A DNA stretch of 64,000 nt from Syntrophales bacterium (GTDB lineage Bacteria > Desulfobacterota > Syntrophia > Syntrophales > UBA5619): NCBI GenBank assembly GCA_030654195.1, contig JAURXV010000053.1:16958-80957 (forward strand), given 5' to 3'. Every line of letters begins with the position of its first letter. Position 1 is the first letter of the stretch. The notes beneath the pieces are model-generated. The model made no database searches. It was not told the origin of the DNA and saw only the letters and a program-made list of their open reading frames with translations. Shown one piece after another: positions 24,186-32,556 of this stretch. A program made the translations under genes and the position numbers.

Positions 24186-25262
24186 ATGGGGAAGACAAGG
24201 CGTGAGTTTTTAAAGAAGGCTGGGGTCGCCGCAGCGGCAGGGGCGGGGGTTGTCCTGACGGGGAACAGGAGATTGTACGCCCAGGACAAGGTGTTCAAAT
24301 GGAAAATGGCAACGTCGTGGACGACCGGAATGCCCCTTTACACCCATATGGCCAGGGTCCTGCCGGATGTGGTCAAAAAGATGAGCAACGGAAGACTGAT
24401 CATCGACATTTTCCCGGCGGGGGCCATCGTGCCGGCCCTGGAAGGGGTGGACGCTACGAGAAGAGGGGTCTGCCAGATTGCCCATACCTGGCCCGGCTAC
24501 GACATCGGCATCTCAAAGGGGTCGGCGATCATCGGGGGATTCGCCGGGAGCCCGAACTCCGAGGTGATGATGCATTGGATCTACAGCGGCGGGGGATATA
24601 AGCTCTGGCAGGATTACCGCCGGGAAGTATTCAATGTGATCGCCTTTCCGGGGGGGATGCGTCCCACCGAAGTATTTGCCCATTCGCACAAACCGGTGCG
24701 CTCCCTTGCGGATTTCAAGGGATTCAAAATGAGAACCGTCGGGGCGTGGGCGGACATCCTTCCCAAACTGGGAGGTTCCGTGATCACCCTTCCCGGCGGC
24801 GAGGTCCTGCCGGCCCTGCAGCAGAAGGTGATCGACGCCACGGAATGGGCCTGCGCAGGGGAGAATCTGTCGATGGGATTCCATGAGGTGGCCAGGTATG
24901 TCATCATTCCCGGGATTCATCAGCCAAGCGCCCCCTTTGAATATGTCGTGAATGTAAAGGCCTGGGAGGAGTTGCCGGCGGACCTCAAGGCGATCGTGGA
25001 GGGAGCGGCGAAGATTGCAACGCTGGACTCCTGGACCTATCTCGGCGCCCTCGACATGGGGGCGATGGATGTCTTCAAAAAGAAGGGAAACACGATCATC
25101 GAACTGGATGTGGATGTACAGAAGGCTGCCTACAAGCTGGGGCTTGAATGGGGACGGGAAGCTGCAGCCAAGGATCCATGGACAAAGAAACTCTTCGAAT
25201 CCCAGATCGACTTTCACAAGAGATGGGAGATCGTTGAAAACACGAGGTCACTCAAATATTGA
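24186..25262 (+). CDS. TRAP transporter substrate-binding protein (DctP family) with twin-arginine signal, system 2
   Basis: The ORF track starts at 24132. ATG 24186 after GGAGGG gives MGKTRREFLKKAGVAAAAGAG (Tat motif RREFLK). The mature part FKWKMATSW...GRLIIDIFPAGAIVP is DctP-like. Confidence 0.85.
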   Translation: MGKTRREFLKKAGVAAAAGAGVVLTGNRRLYAQDKVFKWKMATSWTTGMPLYTHMARVLPDVVKKMSNGRLIIDIFPAGAIVPALEGVDATRRGVCQIAHTWPGYDIGISKGSAIIGGFAGSPNSEVMMHWIYSGGGYKLWQDYRREVFNVIAFPGGMRPTEVFAHSHKPVRSLADFKGFKMRTVGAWADILPKLGGSVITLPGGEVLPALQQKVIDATEWACAGENLSMGFHEVARYVIIPGIHQPSAPFEYVVNVKAWEELPADLKAIVEGAAKIATLDSWTYLGALDMGAMDVFKKKGNTIIELDVDVQKAAYKLGLEWGREAAAKDPWTKKLFESQIDFHKRWEIVENTRSLKY

Positions 25263-25265
25263 TGA

Positions 25266-25308
25266 AAATCCGCCGGGCGTACCGGATGAACGGACGCCCG
25301 GCGGATTT
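25266..25308 (+). terminator. Post-SBP stem-loop (intercistronic attenuator / mRNA stabiliser)
   Basis: Perfect 15-bp inverted repeat aaatccgccgggcgt (25266-25280) / acgcccggcggattt (25294-25308) with a 13-nt loop, starting 4 nt after the dctP stop. Only a short T run follows. Confidence 0.5.
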
Positions 25309-25344
25309 AACTCGATCTCGCTTTGCCCTGTATGAGAGAAGGGA

Positions 25345-25863
25345 GTGATTTCCATGATGGCATCTTTTGTAAAGTTTATCGATGGCCTGAGCGGATGGAC
25401 GGGGAAATGGGTTGCCTGGTTCATCATCCCCAACGTGCTGGCGCTCGTCTATGAGGTCATTGCACGCTATATTCTGAACAGCCCCACCATCTGGTCCTAT
25501 GAAGTGACCTACTTCCTCTACGGGAGCCATTTCCTGCTGGGGGCGGCCTATGTCCTTTCCGTCGATGCCCACATCCGGATCGACATCTTCACCTCGCACC
25601 TCTCTCCGCGGACGAGGGCCGTCATCGATCTGGTCGGCTATCTGCTGCTGTTCTTCCCGGTGGTCATCGCCCTCGTCTATGCGGGAGGACAGTATGTCAT
25701 GCAGTCCTTCGAGATGGGCGAAAAATCGGGTCTCAGCCCGTGGAGGCCCTACCTCTATCCATACAAGGCCGTGATAACCATCAGCTTCATTCTTCTCTTT
25801 CTGCAGGGGATAGCTTGTTTTATCCGCAATATCAATTTTTTGGCGAGAGGAGAAAAGCCATGA
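25345..25863 (+). CDS. TRAP transporter small permease (DctQ family), system 2
   Basis: 172 aa from GTG 25345. ATG 25354, 8 nt after GAAGGGAG, may be the true start. Four TM segments, and the stop overlaps the dctM start. Confidence 0.8.
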   Translation: MISMMASFVKFIDGLSGWTGKWVAWFIIPNVLALVYEVIARYILNSPTIWSYEVTYFLYGSHFLLGAAYVLSVDAHIRIDIFTSHLSPRTRAVIDLVGYLLLFFPVVIALVYAGGQYVMQSFEMGEKSGLSPWRPYLYPYKAVITISFILLFLQGIACFIRNINFLARGEKP

Positions 25864-27182
25864 TGGAGAACATCTCCCTTTTCATGTTTCCGGTGATGAT
25901 CCTGGTCGTATTTGCAGGATTTCCCGTTACTTTCAGCCTGATGGGCATTTCTCTTTATTTCGGCATCGTCTGTTTCGGACCGGAGATCATCCCGATGATC
26001 ATCCGCCGCGTCTACGGCGTGGCCGACAACTATGTCCTCGCCGCCGTGCCGCTGTTCATTTTCATGGGAACGATGCTGGAGAGATCGGGCATCGCCAAAA
26101 TCCTTTTTGAGACGATCAGCATGTGGATGGGACGCATTAAAAACGGCCTGGCGGTGACGACCATCCTGATGTGCACGATCATCGCCGCCTGCACGGGGAT
26201 TATCGGAGCGGCCGAGGTGATGGTCGGGGTGATGGCCATACCGCCGATGATGAAACGGGGCTACAACCACGCCCTGATCGCCGGCACGGTCATCGCCGGC
26301 GGGGCGCTCGGCACCATCATCCCGCCGAGCGTCGTCACCGTCGTCTACGGTCCCGCCGCGGGGATATCCGTCGGCCGTCTGCTGATCGCCACGATCTTCC
26401 CCGGCCTTCTGATCTCGTCGGTCTATGTCTTGTACATTGTTATCCGTTCCTACGGCCAAAAGGGGTTTGCCCCGCCGATCTTTTCCGAGGATCGGGATAT
26501 TCCCCTGTCGCGGAAACTCAAGGCTACGGTTACCGGAATGCTGCCGTCCGTTGTCCTGATCTTCACCGTGATGGGCACCATCATTCTCGGCTTTGCCGCA
26601 CCCACGGAAGCCGCCGCCCTCGGCGCCTTCGGAAGCGTCCTGCTGACGATCGGCTACAGAAACTTTACCTTGAAGGTGTTGCAGGAGGCGACCATCCAGA
26701 CGCTCAAGATCTCCAGCATGATGATGATGATCCTGCTCGGAGGGTTCATGTTCAGCGGCGTCTTCCTCGGGCTCGGGGGCAGCGACGCCACGGAGAGGAT
26801 GCTGTCGGCCTTCAACATGGGGCCATGGGCGGTTCTTGTTTTCTTTCTATTTATCGTCTACCTTGCCGGGTTCCTCCTCGACTGGGCCAGTATCCTGCTC
26901 ATCTTCGTCCCCATCTTTTCGCCGATCATCGACAAACTGGGTTTTGACCCGATCTGGTTCGGCGCACTCCTCATCATGATGATCCAGACATCCTATCTGA
27001 CGCCGCCGATGGCGCCGGGGATCTTTTATCTGAAGGGGATTGCCCCGCCCGAGCTGACGACCCGGGAGATGTTTCGGGGTATTGTCCCCTATATGATGCT
27101 CCAGCTTCTCGCCATCGCCGTTGTGGTGTTTTTCCCGCAGATCGCCCTCTGGCTGCCGGAAAAACTGATCGGTTGGAATTAG
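25860..27182 (+). CDS. TRAP transporter large permease (DctM family), system 2
   Basis: The ORF track starts at 25740, inside dctQ. ATG 25860 overlaps the dctQ TGA (ATGA) and gives MMENISLFMFPV..., 440 aa, polytopic. Confidence 0.9.
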   Translation: MMENISLFMFPVMILVVFAGFPVTFSLMGISLYFGIVCFGPEIIPMIIRRVYGVADNYVLAAVPLFIFMGTMLERSGIAKILFETISMWMGRIKNGLAVTTILMCTIIAACTGIIGAAEVMVGVMAIPPMMKRGYNHALIAGTVIAGGALGTIIPPSVVTVVYGPAAGISVGRLLIATIFPGLLISSVYVLYIVIRSYGQKGFAPPIFSEDRDIPLSRKLKATVTGMLPSVVLIFTVMGTIILGFAAPTEAAALGAFGSVLLTIGYRNFTLKVLQEATIQTLKISSMMMMILLGGFMFSGVFLGLGGSDATERMLSAFNMGPWAVLVFFLFIVYLAGFLLDWASILLIFVPIFSPIIDKLGFDPIWFGALLIMMIQTSYLTPPMAPGIFYLKGIAPPELTTREMFRGIVPYMMLQLLAIAVVVFFPQIALWLPEKLIGWN

Positions 27183-27195
27183 AAAGGAGAGAAAC

Positions 27196-29133
27196 ATGAT
27201 GACCAAAAAAGAACGCATCCTCATGGCCATGCGGGGCGAGACCCCGGACATGCTGCCCTATACGCCGCGCTTCGACCTCTGGTACAATTCCAACTCCTAC
27301 CGGGGCACCCTGCCCAAGCGCCACCAGGGGCGCAGCCACGATGAAATCGCCCGTGCGGAAGGGTGGGCTCTGCACAAGGTCATCCCGGAACTCCTGGAAG
27401 TGGTCGATCCCTGGGAGAACGTGACGCGGGGCATCGGACTCTACAGCCTCAAGGAAAACGGTTACAAGATCAACTTTTCGCCCAACGTCCATCTGGAGGT
27501 CCGGAAGAGCCGCCAGGGCGACGAGGAATCCACGCGGGTGGAGTACCATACCCCCAAGGGTGTGGTCAGCACCAAGGAAGTGATCAACGAGGAGATGCGC
27601 AATGCGGGTGTTTCCATCACCTGGGTGCAGGAGCATGCCATCAAGCGGCCCGAGGATTACGAGATCTGGGCATACATCTTTGAGAACATCACGGTGACCC
27701 CGGACTATGACCGTTACCGGGCCTGGCAGAACCGCATCGGCGACGACGGCGTGGCAGTGATGATGGGCACCTTCTCCGCCTCGCCCACTCACCACATCCA
27801 GCGTGATTTTCTGGATGCCACCGAGTTCTTTTTTCATTACAAAGATCACGCAAGGGAGATGCGCCGACTGGCCGAGGCCATCGGCCTGGTGTACGAGCAA
27901 ACCCTCAGGGTGGTGGGCGATTCGCCGGCTGAAGTGGTCCTGTGGGGCGCCAACTACGACGACATGATCACCTACCCGCCTTACTTTCAGAAGGAACTGA
28001 CTCCCTGGATACGGAAAGCCTCCGATTACCTGGCTGCGAAGGGCAAACTGGTGATCTGCCACTGCGACGGTGAGAACCAGGGCCTCATCGACCTGATTGC
28101 CGATTCGGGCATGCACGTGGCCGAAGCGGTCTGCTGTGCACCCATGACAAAGCTGCCGATCGAGACCTACTGCGAGCGCTGGTGCAAATCCGGGAAACTG
28201 ACCCTCATGGGAGGCCTGATCCAGTCCATGCTTTCACCGGCCACGTCTAGCATCGAGGACCTCAATGCCTACCTTGACCATTTCTTCAAGGCCGTGACGC
28301 CGGGCAGCCGCATCATCCTGTCCGTGGCCGACACCACCCCGCCCAACGCGGATTTTGACCGCCTGGCCATGATCGCCGAGCGCGTGGAAAGGGAAGGCCG
28401 CCTGCCCCTCGAGGCCGGCGCCTTCCGCCCCCTGACCGAAGCGCAGTTGAAGCCGGTCGCCGGCCTCATGGCGCAAAAGGTGCCCGACGAGACCTTCCAG
28501 ACCGTCCACGCGGACGTGCTCGCCGGCAACGATGCGGACATCAAGGTTCACATCCAGGCGCTGCTCGACCAGGGGGTGAACGCCAAGGAGATTCTCAACC
28601 GCGGCATGCTCAGCGCCATGGAGGTGATCAGCGGGCGCTTCCGCGAAGGCACGGTGTTTATTCCCGAGGTATTGCTGTCCGCCCGTGCCATGAAGGAGGC
28701 CCTCGTCGTGCTCGAACCCTATCTGGCACAGGAAAAGAAGGATGTGAGCGGCAAAATTCTGCTCGGTACGGTGCGCGGCGACCTGCACGACATCGGCAAG
28801 AACATGGTGGCCACCATGCTGCGCGGCGTCGGTTTCGAGGTGGTGGACCTCGGCGTCAACATCACGGCGGAGGGTTTCGTTGCGGAGGTTGAAAGACAAC
28901 GGCCGGACATTCTGGGGATGTCTGCCCTGCTGACCACCACCATGCCCGAGATGAAGAAAACCATCGATGCCCTCATAGCCCGCGGGTTGCGGGGCCAGGT
29001 CAAGGTTGTGGTGGGCGGTGCGCCGCTCAACGAGAAATTTGCCCGGGATATCGGGGCGGACGGATACGGGAGCGATGCGGGGTCTGGCGTGGATTTGGTC
29101 AGACAGTTGCTGAAAGGGAATGTCCCTCGTTAG
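27196..29133 (+). CDS. Fusion protein: URO-D-family methyltransferase domain + corrinoid-binding domain (CmuA-like architecture), fusion 2
   Basis: 645 aa. The N-terminal ~420 aa is URO-D-like (KERILMAMRGETPDMLPYTPR..., VICHCDGEN, SVADTTPPNA). The C-terminal part is a B12 cap plus Rossmann domain with GDLHDIGKN, SALLTTT and VVVGGAP. Confidence 0.8.
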   Translation: MMTKKERILMAMRGETPDMLPYTPRFDLWYNSNSYRGTLPKRHQGRSHDEIARAEGWALHKVIPELLEVVDPWENVTRGIGLYSLKENGYKINFSPNVHLEVRKSRQGDEESTRVEYHTPKGVVSTKEVINEEMRNAGVSITWVQEHAIKRPEDYEIWAYIFENITVTPDYDRYRAWQNRIGDDGVAVMMGTFSASPTHHIQRDFLDATEFFFHYKDHAREMRRLAEAIGLVYEQTLRVVGDSPAEVVLWGANYDDMITYPPYFQKELTPWIRKASDYLAAKGKLVICHCDGENQGLIDLIADSGMHVAEAVCCAPMTKLPIETYCERWCKSGKLTLMGGLIQSMLSPATSSIEDLNAYLDHFFKAVTPGSRIILSVADTTPPNADFDRLAMIAERVEREGRLPLEAGAFRPLTEAQLKPVAGLMAQKVPDETFQTVHADVLAGNDADIKVHIQALLDQGVNAKEILNRGMLSAMEVISGRFREGTVFIPEVLLSARAMKEALVVLEPYLAQEKKDVSGKILLGTVRGDLHDIGKNMVATMLRGVGFEVVDLGVNITAEGFVAEVERQRPDILGMSALLTTTMPEMKKTIDALIARGLRGQVKVVVGGAPLNEKFARDIGADGYGSDAGSGVDLVRQLLKGNVPR

Positions 29134-29195
29134 ATCCGGCGGGGAGGCGTTTCGGCAATATTCGATATGACTCCCTGGTTTCCGAAGGAGATGCA

Positions 29196-29936
29196 ATGGA
29201 TTGTCCCCGAATTGCGGAATCGACCATCCGCAGGGGGCGGCGGGTGGTGATCGCCTGTCGCGTGATGGAACCGGAGCTGACACAGGTTCTGGCGGAGGGG
29301 AAGGAGCAGGTCGAGATCCTCTACCTTGACCAGGCCCTACACCGAACGCCGACCAAGCTACTCAGTCAGCTCCAGGAAAAGATCGATCAGGTCGCGCGGA
29401 CGGCCTCGCGGATCGTCCTGGGCTACGGCCTCTGTTCCAACGGCGTGGTCGGCGTCACGGCGCGTCAGCAGGGGCTGCTCATGCCCCGCTGCCACGACTG
29501 CATCGCCCTCTTTCTGGGTTCCCCTTCCCGCTATCAGGATGTGTTCCAGGAAAAACCGGGCACCTACTACCTGACGCCGGGCTGGATCGCGGAAAAGAAG
29601 GACCCCCTCGGAGTCCTGGAGGAGTATGTGCCCCGTTACGGCCGGGAGACGGCGCAGTGGGTCATCGAAGAGGAATTGAAGCACTACACCCATATCTCCC
29701 TCATCAATACGGGAGTTGAAGAGATGGCGCCCCTCCGGGCGCGGGCGATGGAGAATGCGGCCATGCTGAAGAAAGCGTATGAGGAGATTCCGGGCAGCCT
29801 CGACTACTTCCGCGAGCTCATCCGCGGTCCCTACACGGAGGAAAAGTTCCTGCGCCTCCGCCTGGGCGAGGCGTTCACCCAGGAGATGTTTTTTGAGTCG
29901 GCAGATGGGGGAAGGCGTCCGACATGTGGGGGATGA
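29196..29936 (+). CDS. DUF1638 domain protein, copy 2
   Basis: 246 aa, close paralog of 13069-13767 with the same Cys positions (IAC, GLC, CHDC). Its 3' end overlaps the convergent RACE gene by 62 nt. Confidence 0.7.
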   Translation: MDCPRIAESTIRRGRRVVIACRVMEPELTQVLAEGKEQVEILYLDQALHRTPTKLLSQLQEKIDQVARTASRIVLGYGLCSNGVVGVTARQQGLLMPRCHDCIALFLGSPSRYQDVFQEKPGTYYLTPGWIAEKKDPLGVLEEYVPRYGRETAQWVIEEELKHYTHISLINTGVEEMAPLRARAMENAAMLKKAYEEIPGSLDYFRELIRGPYTEEKFLRLRLGEAFTQEMFFESADGGRRPTCGG

Positions 29937-31812
29937 ACATGGCGGCCATGAACTCCTCCTGGAACTCTTTCACAAGGGTCAGTTCGAGGTATTCGACCTG
30001 CCTTGCAACAACATCGGCCTCCAGCCGTTTGTCGCGGTTCAGGAGGGCGATCCTTGCCCCGTCGCCCGCCGCGTTGCCGACCGACGAGACGCAATCGAGG
30101 TCGCAGTCGGGAAACATCCCGAGGATCATCGCCTCCGTTTTGTCGATATAGCTCCCGAAGGCGCCTGCAAGGATCACCCGGTCCAATTTCACGATCCCCA
30201 GCCTTTTCATCATCAGTTTCGCTCCTGCATACAGGGCGCCTTTGGCGAGTTGGACGCTCCGGACATCCTTTTGGTTGATCGTGATCGCCCCCTCCAGAGA
30301 GGTCTCTTCCGGCCAGGCGATGATGAATTCCGGTTTCCCATCGGTCAAGCGGAGCCGAGGCGTGGCGAGATCGGTACGGAAGCGGCCGCTTCTATTGATG
30401 ATCCCCGCCCGGTAAAGTTCGGCCACCCCGTCGATGATCCCGGAGCCGCAGATCCCCTTCGCGCCGGTGAGCCGGACCTCCGGCCGCCAGCGCTCTTCGC
30501 CGATGATTTTGAAAGAGACCTCCAACGTCTCGGGATCGATTCGAATCCGCTCGATCGCCCCGGGGGCGGCCCTCATGCCGAAGCGGATATGCGCCCCCTC
30601 CAGCGCGGGGCCGGTGGCGCAGGAGGCGGAGAGGAGCCTCTCCCGGTTTCCCATGACCATCTCCCCGTTCGTGCCCACGTCGATGATGAGGACCATCTCC
30701 TCCCGGCGGTAGGGTTCCTCCGCAATCAGGACCCCCACGTTGTCCGCCCCGACGAAGCCCGCCTCGATCGGGAGGATGTGGACATTGGCCGCGGGGTGGG
30801 TCGCAAGGCCGAGGTCGCGAGCCTTGATGTCCAGGCTGCGGTGTACGGCGGGGGTGAAAGGAGAGACGCCGAGCGGGCGCGGATCGATGCCGAGGAACAG
30901 GTGGTGCATCGCCGTGTTTCCGACCAGCGTGATTTCGAGGATGTCGGCGGGAGAGAGGCCGGCATCCCCGGTGACGGTCCGGATGAGGTGATTCAGACCT
31001 TCGATGATCGCCCCCCGCATCTTTTTCATGCCGTCCGGGTGGTCGATCACGTAGGTGATCCGCGCAATCACGTCATCGCCGTAGGTGACCTGGGGATTCA
31101 TCAGCGACTCGGTTCCGATGAGCTTTCCGGTCTTCAGGCTGCAAAGGTATCCGGCCACGGTGGTCGAACCCACGTCGATGGCGAGGCCGTAGGCCTCCTC
31201 CACCTCTCTTGGAAATACGGCAAGGATCTCCCGTTCCATCCGGATCGCTGCGGTGACCGTCCAGTTTCCCTGCCGGAGGGCGGCGGGGAGCCCGATAAGG
31301 GCGGAATAGTCGATCTCCGGCCGTTGCAGGCCGAACCGCTCCGCGAGGGCCGCAACCAGGCGTTCGTAGTCTCCCAGGGGATCGTTCAGCGTGGGGGGGG
31401 GAAGGGTTACCGAAAAGAGGCGGACGGCCGGGTTCAGGGAGATGGCCCTTTCAGACGCCTCTTTTCTCACCACCTGCCTGCCCGTTCGACTTTCCTCCGG
31501 CACAAAGATCAGGACATCTCCCCGGATGACTGCCGCGCAGGCCAGACGGAATCCCTCCGCCCGCTCTTTTTCTCCGATGAGTTTGCCCTCCTCTTCGGTG
31601 AACGGCGAGAGATGGTCGGGTAGCGAAGTGATTCCGAACCGATCAAAGATTCCCGACTCGATTCGGATCCGGCACTTTCCGCAGCTCTTCTTCCCGCCGC
31701 AGACCGATTCGATGCCTACGCCCAGGGAGCGGGAAGCCTCCAGGACGGTCTTACCTTCCGGGATCTCCCCTCGTCTGCCGGAGGGTTGAAAAATAACCTG
31801 ACTGTTCTTCAT
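29875..31812 (-). CDS. Reductive activator of corrinoid enzymes (RACE/RACo-type: N-terminal 2Fe-2S ferredoxin + ASKHA ATPase, DUF4445)
   Basis: The ORF track extends to 31929, but that extension overlaps the tRNA. ATG 31812 after GAGAGGTG gives MKNSQVIFQPSGRRGEIPEGKTVLEASRSLGVGIESVCGGKKSCGKCRIRI (plant-type 2Fe-2S motif), followed by a long ASKHA-like ATPase body (AIDVGSTTVAGYL..., IIDVGTNGEM...). Confidence 0.85.
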   Translation of the reverse strand: MKNSQVIFQPSGRRGEIPEGKTVLEASRSLGVGIESVCGGKKSCGKCRIRIESGIFDRFGITSLPDHLSPFTEEEGKLIGEKERAEGFRLACAAVIRGDVLIFVPEESRTGRQVVRKEASERAISLNPAVRLFSVTLPPPTLNDPLGDYERLVAALAERFGLQRPEIDYSALIGLPAALRQGNWTVTAAIRMEREILAVFPREVEEAYGLAIDVGSTTVAGYLCSLKTGKLIGTESLMNPQVTYGDDVIARITYVIDHPDGMKKMRGAIIEGLNHLIRTVTGDAGLSPADILEITLVGNTAMHHLFLGIDPRPLGVSPFTPAVHRSLDIKARDLGLATHPAANVHILPIEAGFVGADNVGVLIAEEPYRREEMVLIIDVGTNGEMVMGNRERLLSASCATGPALEGAHIRFGMRAAPGAIERIRIDPETLEVSFKIIGEERWRPEVRLTGAKGICGSGIIDGVAELYRAGIINRSGRFRTDLATPRLRLTDGKPEFIIAWPEETSLEGAITINQKDVRSVQLAKGALYAGAKLMMKRLGIVKLDRVILAGAFGSYIDKTEAMILGMFPDCDLDCVSSVGNAAGDGARIALLNRDKRLEADVVARQVEYLELTLVKEFQEEFMAAMFIPHMSDAFPHLPTQKTSPG

Positions 31813-31896
31813 CACCTCTCTTGTACCCCTTTTTGTACCCCACGCAGATATGGCATAAAGAGGGCTTACGAACATTACGTAAACACATGATATTAT

Positions 31897-31973
31897 TGGT
31901 CGGGGCGGAGTGATTTGAACACTCGACATCCTGCTCCCAAAGCAGGCGCGCTACCGGGCTGCGCTACGCCCCG
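31897..31973 (-). tRNA. tRNA-Pro (anticodon UGG)
   Basis: The reverse complement reads CGGGGCGTAGCGCAGCCCGGTAGCGCGCCTGCTTTGGGAGCAGGATGTCGAGTGTTCAAATCACTCCGCCCCGACCA. It shows a 7-bp acceptor stem, a D-arm GCGCAGCCCGGTAGCGC, an anticodon loop TTTGGGA, a T-arm GAGTGTTCAAATCACTC and an encoded CCA. Confidence 0.9.
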
Positions 31974-31974
31974 T

Positions 31975-32556
31975 TTATGATCCGTTCCGGAGCCTCTCTT
32001 TCAGTTTTGCAAAGGCCTGGGCCCGATGGCTGACCCTGTTTTTGGCCTCGGGGGAGAGCTGGGCCACGGTCATTCCCTCTCCGGGGAGAAAAAAAACCGG
32101 GTCATATCCGAATCCGCCCTTCCCGACAGGCGCTTCCGCAATCCTTCCTTCCAAGCGCCCCTCAAAGGCCTCATAACGACCGTCGGGAGGATAGAGGACC
32201 AGAACGCACCGGAATGCCGCTCCTCGATTTGCCGCGTGAACACCCTTCAGGTCATGCAGCAGCTTCCGGTTGTTCCGCAGATCATCCGCATCGGCGCCGG
32301 CATACCGTGCCGAGTGGATGCCGGGCGCGCCTCCCAGCGCGTCCACCTCCAATCCGGAATCGTCGGCAAGCACGATTTCTCCGGTCGCTTCCGCGACCGT
32401 TCTGCCCTTTTTGAGGGCGTTCTCCAGAAAACTCTTTCCGTCTTCAACGATCTCGGGGATCTCCGGATAATCGTTCAACGAAAAAAGGCTGATGCCGAGA
32501 TCCGCAAGCATCGCCTGAATTTCTCTGATCTTTCCCCTGTTCCTGGAGGCCAGCAC
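31975..32556 (-). CDS. rdgB: Non-canonical purine NTP pyrophosphatase (RdgB/HAM1 family)
   Basis: 193 aa. ASRNRGKIREI...DDSGLEVDALGGAPGIHSARYAG...GFGYDPVF... are the canonical RdgB motifs. Confidence 0.9.
   Translation of the reverse strand: MLASRNRGKIREIQAMLADLGISLFSLNDYPEIPEIVEDGKSFLENALKKGRTVAEATGEIVLADDSGLEVDALGGAPGIHSARYAGADADDLRNNRKLLHDLKGVHAANRGAAFRCVLVLYPPDGRYEAFEGRLEGRIAEAPVGKGGFGYDPVFFLPGEGMTVAQLSPEAKNRVSHRAQAFAKLKERLRNGS

Noticed and set aside
29779-31623. 614-aa + strand ORF
   Set aside because: It is antisense to the RACE gene, whose minus-strand product has clear 2Fe-2S and ASKHA motifs. Its similarity to the ORF at 13791-14039 only reflects the duplicated RACE 3' end.
31813-31929. 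N-terminal extension of the RACE ORF to 31929
   Set aside because: The extension overlaps the tRNA-Pro gene (31897-31973). ATG 31812 has an RBS and yields the canonical ferredoxin-domain N-terminus.
10372-31973. Calling the whole accessory region a mobile genomic island
   Set aside because: No integrase, transposase, conjugation genes or att-type direct repeat were seen. Only tRNA adjacency and internal duplication scars support it, so it is reported as a finding and not annotated as a mobile element.
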